A DNA stretch of 62,344 nt, filler included, from Aduncisulcus paluster (taxonomy: Eukaryota), in the NCBI GenBank assembly GCA_024181965.1. It is 7 parts of 7 records of this genome, joined end to end, with 100 filler letters (N's around TTAATTAATTAA, not from the genome) between each part and the next. Parts side by side here need not be neighbours in the genome. Positions count along the whole stretch, not along the records: positions 35,924 to 50,723 come from BQXS01011004.1; positions 50,824 to 56,761 come from BQXS01011006.1; 5 more parts are not named here. One strand, given 5' to 3'. The position numbers and the translations under genes are program-made. Positions 41,701-52,511 of the stretch are shown here, piece by piece. The first letter of the stretch is position 1, and each line of letters opens with the position of its first letter. Under the pieces are notes generated by a model that worked only from the letters and a program-made list of their open reading frames with translations, was not told the origin of the DNA and did not search any database.

Positions 41701-42927
41701 ATGCAACCTTATAATTTTAAATGTTTTAAATGTTCTGTTTGTGGTTCAGAATTCGGTTTTGATGATTTGTTATACACTTGTCCAAAATGTGGCAACAATG
41801 TTAACATCGTATTTGACTATGAAAAGATTTCAGAAAAACTCAAATCATCGGGGTTAGGTGAGCTTTCTTCGATGTATAGGTATCTCCCCCTCCTCCCGAT
41901 TTCCCAAGATATTGAACTCCCACCTATCGATGTTGGTATGACTCCCTTGATAGCTCCTCCTTTTCTTAGAAAACATCTTGATATGCCATTCCTTTATTTA
42001 AAGGATGATGGAAGAAATCCTACCGGATCCCTCAAGGATCGTGCCTCTTCTTTTATTGTGAGTAAGGCTATTCATGAAAAACGTCCAGTGATTACCACCG
42101 CATCCACCGGTAACGCTGGTGCTGCTCTTGCAGGAATGGCTGCTGCTTCTGGTATGAAAACTGTCATTTTTGTTCCTGCTTCTGCTCCTGAGGCTAAAAT
42201 TGCCCAATTGAAGGTCTATGGGAGTGATGTGAGACTCGTTGATGGAACTTATGATGATGCTTTTGCTCTTTGTGAGCGCACTGTTGAAGAAACAAAGATG
42301 TACTGCAGAAACACTGGTACAAATCCATTTACTAGTGAAGGAAAGAAAACTGTGAGTTTTGAAATCGCCGAACAGATTGCCAAGTCTCTTATGGTCCCTG
42401 ACGACTTGTCCAAACACCCCATGCGTGCTCCAGATGTCATGTGTGTCTCTGTTGGTGATGGAAACATTATAACCGGAGTCTACAAAGGATTCCGTGATCT
42501 TCATTCTCTTGGACTTATTGACAAGATGCCCCGTCTCATTGGATGTCAGAGCAGTGGGTCCGACTATATCGCAAAGAGTTTTGCCAAGGGAATTGAAGAC
42601 GGTTCCATGGAAAAGATCTCATGTTCCACCATCTGTGATAGTATCTCCGCCTGTCTTCCATCTGACCGTGTCAATGCCGTCAAAGCCGTCAAGGAGACCG
42701 GCGGCCAATATGTAGTCGTTGAGGATGATGATGTCATCGATTGCATTGCCGAGATTGGAAAGTACAGTGGTGTATTCGCTGAACCTGCCGCTGCTTGTGC
42801 TTATTGTGGAATGAAGAAGGCTGTATCCGAAGGAATTATCAAGAAGGATGAGGTTATAGTTGTTCTCATCACTGGAACTGGGTTAAAGGATGTCAAAGCA
42901 GCTCAAAAGAGTGTTGCGAGTAAATAG
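41701..42927 (+). CDS. thrC: Threonine synthase (fold-type II PLP enzyme, prokaryotic type with N-terminal Zn ribbon)
   Basis: CSVC...CPKC N-terminus, NPTGSLKDR (PLP lysine), ASTGNAG, EGKKT, VGDGN, EPAAA and ITGTGLKD. Confidence 0.9.
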   Translation: MQPYNFKCFKCSVCGSEFGFDDLLYTCPKCGNNVNIVFDYEKISEKLKSSGLGELSSMYRYLPLLPISQDIELPPIDVGMTPLIAPPFLRKHLDMPFLYLKDDGRNPTGSLKDRASSFIVSKAIHEKRPVITTASTGNAGAALAGMAAASGMKTVIFVPASAPEAKIAQLKVYGSDVRLVDGTYDDAFALCERTVEETKMYCRNTGTNPFTSEGKKTVSFEIAEQIAKSLMVPDDLSKHPMRAPDVMCVSVGDGNIITGVYKGFRDLHSLGLIDKMPRLIGCQSSGSDYIAKSFAKGIEDGSMEKISCSTICDSISACLPSDRVNAVKAVKETGGQYVVVEDDDVIDCIAEIGKYSGVFAEPAAACAYCGMKKAVSEGIIKKDEVIVVLITGTGLKDVKAAQKSVASK

Positions 42928-43511
42928 ATTTTGTAAGCTTTTATTAGGTTTCCTCATATTCACTTTTTGATGGCTGTTCGAGGCTGCAATTGATCATATT
43001 CTGATCCATAAGTGATTTAGGAGTAATTCATGAGTAATTCAGCCTGTCGATTTGCATCTTGAAAGTCTATATATAGAATACATTGAGAAAGGAGATATAG
43101 TGTTCTAGATTGTTGTTGTCAAAGCAGAGATATTGCAATATAGTATATTGAATATACGGATAATTGTTGTAATTGTAATGTAATGAATTCTAACAAATAT
43201 TTTTATATTTTTGAATTAATAAAAATAATAATAGGGAGATGTTAGAGAATGGGAATAGTTGACCAGAGAATATAAACTTTTAAGTTTTAATTTAAGATGA
43301 TAAACAGTTAAAAATATTTCCATATTTAGAAAAGGATGAGAAAGTTGTGTGGATTAAGGTCAGAATTCAATTATTGCATAATTGACTTAATATTCGAATC
43401 TGAGAAAGACAACATGAACAACAATAGAAGTTTAGTACCAAGTTTATAATAAGGAGATGTTATTAATCATTCAACAGTAATATTACACATGAGAAATGAC
43501 ACAAAAGATAG

Positions 43512-43556
43512 TATACTGTACTATACTGTACTGTACTATACTGTACTATACTGTAT
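43512..43556. repeat. Pentanucleotide microsatellite (TRTAC) x ~9
   Basis: tatac tgtac tatac tgtac tgtac tatac tgtac tatac tgtat. Confidence 0.85.
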
Positions 43557-43792
43557 AAATCAATAACAATAGATAGAAAGATATTATCCTGTATAAATAG
43601 AAAACAATACAATGAAGGGAATGATTGTTTCTCATATATCTATTTTTAGAGTTATTAATAGTTATTATAATTCTAAATTGATCATAACCCACATAAAAAT
43701 AAAAAGGACTGCAAACTCTGGAGGAAATATTCGCAAGTAGAATTATAGGGCAACATAATACTATCTTATTTCCCCTCAATATCTCCCATTTC

Positions 43793-44659
43793 TTACTGTT
43801 CTTCATGTGGTATAGGCAAAAGATCAAGGAGAAAGTCAAATTTATCACTCTCTTCAAGAGCACTACACATGTTACTCACTGACACCATCTTCCGCTTTTC
43901 TACAACAGCACGCATCATAGATCTTCGTGATATTTCAAGAACAAAGCACTGTACAGCTATGGCCATCGCAAGTGGAGCATCAGAACTAACCATACCAACA
44001 CTTTCATTGGCTTTCATGAGATCTTTGATTCGTTTAAGAGGAAATAAATGCCGGATATGTAATTTAAATTGGGAACTGAATGATGCAACCTTTTTTGAGG
44101 TCTTTTTGCTCTTGATTTGTCGAGTTGTCATTGATGAGAGGATGTGAGAGGAAACTTGGTCAGAGAAGACCGATTCTGGGGCTTCTGCTGTCTCTGTTTG
44201 TTGGGATTGTCCTTCTTTGGAATAACTTGCGAAATCTTTGGCAATATCAGTCATTGGATGAGTGGATCGACGTTTTCCAGCACTGCTGGCATCAACAGCA
44301 TCGGATTTGAGTTGTTGGAGAATATAATCGGGAATCATGGTTGGTCGAATCACACCTTTGCTTGCAATAATAAGTCCGGCATACTCTCTTGCCATCACTT
44401 TTAAAAGATATCGTTGCATTTCAAGATCTTTTCGAGCACAAACAAATTCAAGAAATTTAGCACTCATACCTGAATATTGAACAGGTAAAGAAAACTTTTC
44501 ATATCGAGAAATGGGGAGAGAATCTGAACCAAGAGTTGGGGCGAGATGTGGTAAATCATCCTCTCTAGGTGGTTCTTGTTTACCATCAGCAGTATATTCA
44601 GGCATCTTAGGAAGAAACATAATTCGTTCCCTCGGGAAGAGAGGAGAGATGGGGTACAT
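43793..44659 (-). CDS. Histone-fold transcription factor, NF-YC/HAP5 (or NC2-alpha)-like
   Basis: C-terminal FPLKRIKDLMKANESVGMVSSDAP...FVLEI...KRKMV...DKFDFLLDLLP matches the H2A-like histone fold of NF-YC. First ATG at 44659. Confidence 0.85.
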   Translation of the reverse strand: MYPISPLFPRERIMFLPKMPEYTADGKQEPPREDDLPHLAPTLGSDSLPISRYEKFSLPVQYSGMSAKFLEFVCARKDLEMQRYLLKVMAREYAGLIIASKGVIRPTMIPDYILQQLKSDAVDASSAGKRRSTHPMTDIAKDFASYSKEGQSQQTETAEAPESVFSDQVSSHILSSMTTRQIKSKKTSKKVASFSSQFKLHIRHLFPLKRIKDLMKANESVGMVSSDAPLAMAIAVQCFVLEISRRSMMRAVVEKRKMVSVSNMCSALEESDKFDFLLDLLPIPHEEQ

Positions 44660-44838
44660 TGTGTGTGCAAAACAGGTTTTCAATTTCAAAGGTTTGATGG
44701 CGGATGAAATTGAAAACCATCACTTTACTAAAAAGATAGAAATTAATTTAAAAGTAATTATTAGACGATTTTTCAAGTCAAAGTATGTGTATAATCAAAT
44801 AAAACAGAATTACTCGCTCACTCGCTATTTGAGTCTTG

Positions 44839-47800
44839 ATGGAGAACAAACTCTGCAAACCGTTTCCATCTTCGATAGAACGTGAGTTTAAAAGTATGTT
44901 TTTTTGCACTTTTTTCTATCTTCTTCTTGTGATTTTTCCTTTTTTTACATTCACCTTTATTTAATGAAAATAGCCTCCGATACCGTTTCATATGCGGGGC
45001 ATCTCAATTATATTCCAGGGATATGGATTGCCAATGGGTCTGAATTAAAGATTTGGAATTATTTCGAGGGTGATACCAATCCCACTTCTATGGCAACATA
45101 TAAATGCCGTGATAGAATAACAGCCATTTCAGATTTTAAACCACGTCCTGGGGTATTTATTGCAGGGATTACTCATGCTATTGCGATCGCCACTCTTACA
45201 GAAATCCAACTTGTTGCAATCAAGTTTGATTCCATCAACAGTTCAACCATTGGTACGACTAAAAGTATTCTTGGGCCAATAATACAATTTCAAAGAACCC
45301 CTTATAGCTGTTCTACTGATGATTCGATTATCACCGCTTTGGCGAGCAGTGATTCTGGTAGACTCTTTGCCGGAAATCAGCATGGTGAGGTAAAAGAGAT
45401 TATATATCAATCAAGGGCATTTTTTAGGAAGTGTAAGATGTCTGATAAGTCCACTCCTATTTTATTGAAGCTCCTTCCCAAATTTGTGAAAAGTATCCTC
45501 TCCGCTTCCTCCAAAATTATTCAATTATCTATTGATTCTTATCGAAACATTCTTTATGCATTGACTCATGATACCATCCATTTGTTTGATTTGGGCACTG
45601 ATGGGACATCTTGTACTCGTATCTGCAAATACAACTCCTTGAGCAGTGAAGTCCACCGTGTTCTGATTCCCCTTGACACAGACGACGATATATCTCCCTC
45701 GTTGCACAAGAAGGACCTGCAGTTTGTGTCCATTCATATCCTCCCTCCGTCCTTCAAGATACAGGCCGGCTCGGCGCATTTGATGGCTGTTATCAGGGAT
45801 GGAACCAGACTATATTTTACAACGACCCCGAGCACCCGGTTTAGTACCGGTAAAACCGGTCCTGCTACTGCTTCTGCTCCTGAGGATATTCTTTCCGTTC
45901 ATAATCTATCGCCCTCTTCCACCAAAGCAGGAAGTTCCAGCATTCCAATATTACGCCCTTCTTCACTCTTTTTATTATCATCGGCGAGATCTCCTTCTTC
46001 AATTCATAACGTAACCAGTTCAGCTTCTAATCATAGTGGTGAGAATGTCTGTTCTATTTTTAGCACATTTAATGAAGGAGAAGAAGATAATATGTGTATA
46101 TACGGTATTATTGGCACTGTTAGCCATGAATTCTGTGAGGAAGATATTCTTGGGGAGGAAGAACGTACGGCTGCAAGCGAAAGACTTCATCGACTGGATG
46201 TGTCTGAAATAACGCCAACGTTTCAATTACAATCCCCTTCTCTCTCCTCTTCGATGCATCGTTCTCCTCTATTCCACTCTACATCTTCCGCCAAAGCTTC
46301 CTCAACGCCCTCTACATTCTCTTCCTCTTTCCGTGTTATCACTGTCAACCCTGTTCCAAAAGATGTTATTTTCGAGGGTCTGAGGCTTGGATATAAGGCT
46401 ATTCCTCTTGCACTGAGCCATGTCATAATGCAGGGCTCTCAGGCTCTTCTTGGCGATTCAGACTCTCTCTCTTCGTCTATACCTGGTATGGACAAAGGTA
46501 TCTCTGGGATGGAACTGCCACCTCTCTTCAGTGTTCTCACAACGCGTGGAGTCTCTGTTGTCGCCCCTTCTTCTCCTCTCGATGTGCTCCTTGCTATCTT
46601 ATTCAACTTGACGAAAGAAGACATATCCGATAACCTTAACACTCTCCTTGAGGAAGAACGGACGAAACGTGGCAAAGGGGGTGATCGAGAGAAAGGAAGA
46701 ATCTCCTCGACATCCTTTTATTACACTCACACTGATACATCTCATAGCATGACAAGCCGTGTGCATAAACCTGCTCTGAAACGCCTGACAAGCTTTATTC
46801 TTCGCTATGGGATGTCCGAGACTGTGTGTTTGTGCCTATCCATCGCTTGTGGGAGTGTTGAAGGCAGTACTGATGTTACGATCACTCATAAATCCTCCAT
46901 TGTAACATCTCCATCTGCTGTGACTTCCTCTTGTGCCTCCACCTCACACACACCAACAGAATCTGCAATCGCCACTGTGAAAGTTATCTTGTGGCAAGTT
47001 AAATCACTGAGACATCGAAGAGGTAGGAGAGGGGGGTTTGATGGACAATTGGCTCCTCAATTCATGACATTCGGACAGTCGGGAACCTCTAGCACAATGC
47101 CAATGTCCTCTTTTGTCTCCAGTTTCACTCAGGTGACTGCATCTTCCTTATTCACCCCACCTTCCTCTCTTCCTCTCTCTTCGTTCATCAAATCTCTATC
47201 TGCACATCCTCCTTCATGTGTGTATGTTGGCATCAAGCGTTGTGTAGAGCAGTGTGTGAGTGCAATCTGGGACGAAGTTGTGTGGAGTACTGAGTGGCGT
47301 GGCGGTCGTGTTGCCAAGATCGACAGGCATAGAGAAGAATCGTTCACTTCAACACCGTCAACGTATTTCTCAACCATGGCTGGAACTCCAGGTTATTCTG
47401 CCACACCTTCAACCTCTTTCTTTGGGAGCGAGGTGGTGAGTGGTATGAAGAGGAGGGGAGCTCCGAGGGAAACGCAATCGCAGCTCCATTATGACTCTAC
47501 GTCCTTCCTTGGGGCCAGAGATACACATTTATCTGCCGGGAGATCTTCTTCTGAGCGTCTTCACTGTCGCATTCCTCTCTCTGTTCTTGGATCTCTCTCT
47601 CATTCGTTACTCTCTCTCTTATCTCTGCTCGCTGATCCCGTCTATCAGAACATTTCATCGGGGTATGATCAAGAAATTAAGGAATGCATCGAGTTTAACA
47701 ATGCTAATTCTTCAAGTCTGCTTTCAAGTTTGACCACTGAGCAGGCAAGGATTATGAGTTTTGTCGATATTATTCAAGTTATACACGAAATTATTTTATT

Positions 47801-49628
47801 CTTATCGTCAGTGGAAGAAAAAGTGAGCGATTCTGTTATTTATGATGCTTGGGATCAAATTGGAGATGATGATAAAAAGTTCCTTCTCAAGTCTAAATTT
47901 GGAGACTATATCTCTGAGAAAGGAGTTGATCATTTGCGTTCCCTTGCCCGTATTCTTGTCCATTCTTTGATGAAGAATAAGCACGAAAAGGAGAAATGTG
48001 ATCTCTCTCAATTCTTGTCGAATTATTGTCCAACGATTTTCCCTATGAGCTCTCGGCAAAGATCTGAGGCTGTTGACATTCTTGAGAATGCCTGTTTATC
48101 GGCCCTTCCATCTTCAAAGAAGAAAGCTGCCTCGAGCGCCGTCAGTGTTCTTTCTTCTATCCCTCTATCTGCTCTCTTCCCGCTGCAGCCCCTTGTCCAA
48201 TTATTCAAACGGTGCGACTGTCCTCAAATGGCTGTGCAACTCCTTGTCGGATGTTTAATCAGAAGTATCGATGATTTTTCTGATGTGTCCTCTGCAATAA
48301 TGCACCATTCTACAACACTTCTCTCTTCTCCTTCAAGTTCTAGGAGACGTATTCCACCGGTACCGGCCACAACCGGTCAACTTACCGCCTGTGCAAAGAC
48401 TATTTTGGACATTATAACCCAATATCTCCATGATAAGAGTCATCTCCGTGAGGAAGTTCTTGATGCTTGTGTTAGTTTTACTGCTCGTTCTCTGAGATCA
48501 CAGTCGTATTCGTCTGGGTATTCCCTCTCCTCCTCTTCATTCGGTGAGAAGACATCTTCCAAGGGTGAGTTGCACTGGGTGTGGCTCCTTGTATTGTGGC
48601 TTATTGGCATTGATCAGAAAGATATTATCGTTCGCCCCCCATTTGCTACATGCAGCGCTGTCATGAATGTTCTCAAAGCTCTTGTCCCCACTGGCCCCAC
48701 TCCCTCTTCAACCATCACTTCCCTTTCCTCTTCTTACCCCCTCTCTTCTCTTCTCTCTCTTGTAAATGATGGCGTTAACTTTATGCTCGGTGGAGATCAG
48801 CATGACCTTGAGAAACGTTTTGAAGCAGAAGAACTGTACATGACCGTGTGTGAGAGAACTCCGGACTCTGACGAATGTGCATTGAGTGGGTTCGATGTGG
48901 TCGAATTTAGTGCAATGAGGAGCTTATCATCAAGGATATCTGTTCTCAAAACGATTCCTATCCGCTCTCTATCGAAGGAATTGAGTGAAATGGTTCAAGA
49001 GAGAATCAATTGCGCACTGATTCAAAGAAGAATAATTGATTCACTTATTCTTAGAATGAGAAACATTGAACGAGGAACGACTTATTATGACGATAGTATT
49101 GATGTATTCAAGATTGAAAATATTGGTAAACTTGTGAAATCTCTTCAATTTGAAATTTTATCACAAGAAGCTTTGACCAAGATTAGTGCTCAAAATTACC
49201 TTCATTCGTGTTATCTTCTCTTGTATGGCTGTGGAAATACAATTGGATACAGAGACATCGTTGTGAGAAGATTATGGGAGAATATCGTTCGAGAAGAAGT
49301 CAATTGGAAAGAGAATATGTATCTTGCTGGGCGTGAGTTAGAGGCTGAAATGGATCACAAAGGAATGAAAGGTGAATATCACAAACAACAAGAGTCATAT
49401 GTGTCATCTTCTGATGTTAAATCTGTCTGTGCTAACATCTTGGCAATTTATTCCTCCGTCGGTGATGCTTGCATGGAAATGAATTCGAGACAGGGTCCTG
49501 TTTTGGCTCCAAAAGGCGTGATTCAGTCGCTTGCAAAGGATATTTTGAGTCAATCAAGACTTTTTGGACATTTGAATATCAATAGGATTGTTGATGATTG
49601 TTGGGTTAATTTAGTGGAGAGATTTTGA
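44839..49628 (+). CDS. NUP155: Nucleoporin Nup155/Nup170-like, two exons (44839-44881 and 44974-49628)
   Basis: IWNY, KPRPGVF, HAIAIAT, SGRLFAG...GEVKEIIYQ...RKC, IDSYRNILYALT and LMAVIRDGTRLYF follow the Nup155 beta-propeller; C-terminal RRLWENIV. The spliced start is MENKLCKPFPSSIEPSDTVSYAG. Confidence 0.85.
44882..44973 (+). other. Spliceosomal intron (92 nt, phase 1) in Nup155
   Basis: GTGAGT...T-rich...AATGAAAATAG. Removing it fuses the exon starting at ATG 44839 (43 nt) in frame with the long ORF. Confidence 0.75.
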
Positions 49629-50151
49629 GTATATACAATGCCTGAGTTAATAAAACATCTTTTTATTTTCTGGAATATTGCATACTGGCTGATTCATTAA
49701 ATTGTAATACACTAGGATGTTCTTAACTGCTTATTGGGCATAGGTTATGACGAAACATGAATTTCTCATCATTCTTATGGAGTGAACTAGAAAGCAAAAA
49801 ACAATTAAAAAAAGTAACAAATATGTCTACAATAGGCTCTATTTCAAGTTTTTGGTCGTATTGTAAATTGCAAAATGTCTTTGCTGAGAAATAGTTCAAC
49901 ATATCTATGTCCCAGCCATAAATAAGAAAGAACAAGTTTAAATTTGATGAATAACTCCAAGAAATTTCCCAAAACAAATTTTCTTCTTCTATTTTTAGAA
50001 TTCTATTTTTAGAATTAGGGTATATTATTTCATCTAGATAATAATCTATTAAAGGTTAAAATATAAGTATGTAGTGTTTAAGGTGTATTGGAGAGAATTT
50101 TAAAATTTGTAATTATATTATGGATATTATTTGCTGAAAAAATATTTCAGC

Positions 50152-50224
50152 GGTCACATGGCTCAATTGGCAGAGCACCTGACTACGGATCAGGAGGTTG
50201 CAGGTTCAAGTCCTGCTGTGTCCG
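50152..50224 (+). tRNA. tRNA-Arg(ACG)
   Basis: GGTCACA/TGTGTCC acceptor stem, D-arm GCTC-AATTGGCA-GAGC, anticodon arm CCTGA-CT-ACG-GA-TCAGG, T-arm GCAGG-TTCAAGT-CCTGC. Confidence 0.95.
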
Positions 50225-50495
50225 AATTTATCCGTTATTACAAGGTTTTATCACTCTTTAAACGTATTTCTAAGCTTTCCCTAAGGTTTTAGTCAAAGCG
50301 TTTGCGAATAGCTTCAACCGTTCGGTAGATAAACATAAAACATCAGGTTTTTACAGCTCCCCAAGCTTTTACCAAAGTTTTATTACCCTATTACTATAAA
50401 TCATTGCTGCTTCTGCAGATAACTTTTCTACTTCTGAATATTCTCTTTTTTACATTTCTATCTCCTTTTTCTTACTTCCATCTAATTTTTTACTA

Positions 50496-50723
50496 ATGAA
50501 TTCATCTTTTTCCGCTCAAGTGTTAAGCGGTTTTGCTAAAAAGCGTTCTTTTGGACGTGGTCTTGCTGTCCTTTGTCACAAATTTGGTTTTGCCCTTCCT
50601 AAGGCAAACCCTGATGTTTACAATCGAGATTTTCGTAATCTTGTTGTAAAACTAGATAGGTTCGGCCTATTTAGAATGTTGTCAGAGGTTGTTGGGACCG
50701 ACGAAACGGAAGACTTGCTTATA
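50496..50723 (+). CDS. Orphan ORF running into a contig break, possibly the first ORF of a mobile element
   Basis: Starts at an ATG and stays open to the linker. The upstream 270 bp carries repeated AAG(G/C)TTT motifs unlike other intergenic DNA. Confidence 0.35.
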
Positions 50724-50823
50724 NNNNNNNNNNNNNNNNNNNNNNNNNNNNNNNNNNNNNNNNNNNNTTAATTAATTAANNNNNNNNNNNNNNNNNNNNN
50801 NNNNNNNNNNNNNNNNNNNNNNN

Positions 50824-51498
50824 AGATGTGTGGATTTGACTCTTGGATTCACTTGGAAGGGAAGAAGAGGGGTTGGGTAAGGTGGAATCATCGGACCACT
50901 GAATCTGTTTTGAAGGGTTAGAATTACCAGGATCAAAGTGTTTTGGCTTAGAAATAGAAGACTCTCGGGACGAAATGGGCTGTGAAAGCCGATATTCTGT
51001 ACTATGCTGAGGACTTGTCGGAGGGATGGAAGACTTGATGGAGAGAGGAGACGGAGCAACGGGGTTATTTTGAGAAAGATCAGAACGACCAGGAGCGACA
51101 AGAGAGGATGATATAGAGCCACTTGGAGATAGGGATTGGCTGTCAAAACCAGGCGAGTATTCGAATCCACCAATGGTCTGACCATATTCTGTGTAGGAAT
51201 CTAAAAATGAAATGACGGCAGATAAAGCTCCAACCGAAGAAAATTTAACTGCCACAGTATTATGACTAAAAATAAATGCAAGTCCACGCTGGTGAATCCG
51301 TTTATATACTAATTCAACACCAGGGGGGAGATTTTCAATAGATCCGGTTGAAAAATACAAAGATATTAATACAGGGTAACCATTATCATCAGTACTAATT
51401 ACCAATTTTTGTTTTGCTGAACTTTTCCCAACTTTTTTCCATGCTTGTTTCTTTCTATCTAGCCTAAAGAATTTTACAAGATATGAATGTTCATACAT
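50824..51498 (-). CDS. EVH1/WH1 (PH-like fold) domain protein with a Ser/Pro-rich tail, 3'-truncated
   Basis: LVKFFRLDRKKQAWKKVG...LVYKRIHQRGLAF...VAVKFSSVGALSAVISFL has the spacing of EVH1/RanBD-type PH folds. Confidence 0.6.
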
Positions 51499-51936
51499 TT
51501 AATAAAATGTGATATGGTATAATAAATTACGAAAGTTGGTCAAAAAATATTTTTAAGAAACGAGAAATCGAGAAAAATATGCTGTAGCGTGATTAACATC
51601 TAATATTCATAAATTAGAAGATCGAATGAATTATAACAATCATTTTAGTCGACTTTTCTACAATATTTATAACTTGTTATTTATATACTCCACGATAATT
51701 TTTTTCTCGCGATTCAATAACCATCAAAAAAAATTGGGTTATATTTTTAAATTACTACTGATAATGTAACTTAAACTCGTTCGAATATACAGTCTTGATC
51801 ATTCAGAAATGAGTGATGGGAAACTTTGAATTCGCACTGGCGATTTGATTCCTTATCATTCCATTTCTATTTTTTATTTTTCGTATTTCTGTTTGATTCA
51901 AAACAATCCATAAAAGGAAGAATATAAATATTAAGA

Positions 51937-52332
51937 ATGATGTCAATAATTAGTCAAGCCAAATCTCTTTTTAGAAGCTTTGCTATAGGAATCACAGATG
52001 CTGCTGCTATGAAAATCAAAGATTTAGTTCAAGATGATGCTGAAAAATTCCTTCGTATTGGAATTGAAACGGGGGGGTGTTCTGGATTCCGTCAGAAATT
52101 TTCTCTCGATTCGAAAAAAGAGAAGGATGACAAGGAATTCAGTCACTGTGGGGCTCGTGTCGTTCTAACGAAGAAAGATTTGGCCTATATTGATGGATCA
52201 ACTGTAAATTATGTCAATGATCCTTTCAGGAGTTTCTTTGAATTGCAACTTCCCTTTGGGAGCAGTCAATGTTCATGTGGAGATTCATTTGCTCTCCCTG
52301 GAATGTCTGGAAATCCAGTTTCATGCAAATAA
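51937..52332 (+). CDS. iscA: A-type Fe-S cluster carrier IscA/Isa (HesB family) with a short organellar presequence
   Basis: ITDAA, LRIGIETGGCSGF, IDGSTVNY and CSCGDSF motifs; N-terminal MMSIISQAKSLFRSFA extension. Confidence 0.93.
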   Translation: MMSIISQAKSLFRSFAIGITDAAAMKIKDLVQDDAEKFLRIGIETGGCSGFRQKFSLDSKKEKDDKEFSHCGARVVLTKKDLAYIDGSTVNYVNDPFRSFFELQLPFGSSQCSCGDSFALPGMSGNPVSCK

Positions 52333-52511
52333 TATCTGAGGGTGAAACCGAAGTCACGCCATGGTTTGGTTTGAATTTATATCATCAATAAATAGTGCAA
52401 AGTTGCTTTTCTTTACTTTTTTAGTATATATCGGCCTTAATATTCATTCTTATTCGGTAAATCACCTGATTCTGACAGCAACTTTTTTTTTTTGCATTTG
52501 GTGACGCTATA

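Noticed and set aside
44904-44973. Listed Nup155 N-terminus MHFFLSSSCDFSFFYIHLYL
   Set aside because: It is a translation of the intron's T-rich tract; the spliced start at 44839 fits better.
50824-51498. Rec114-like meiotic PH-domain assignment
   Set aside because: The similarity is generic to PH-like folds and EVH1/WH1 spacing fits at least as well; this cannot be resolved without a profile search.
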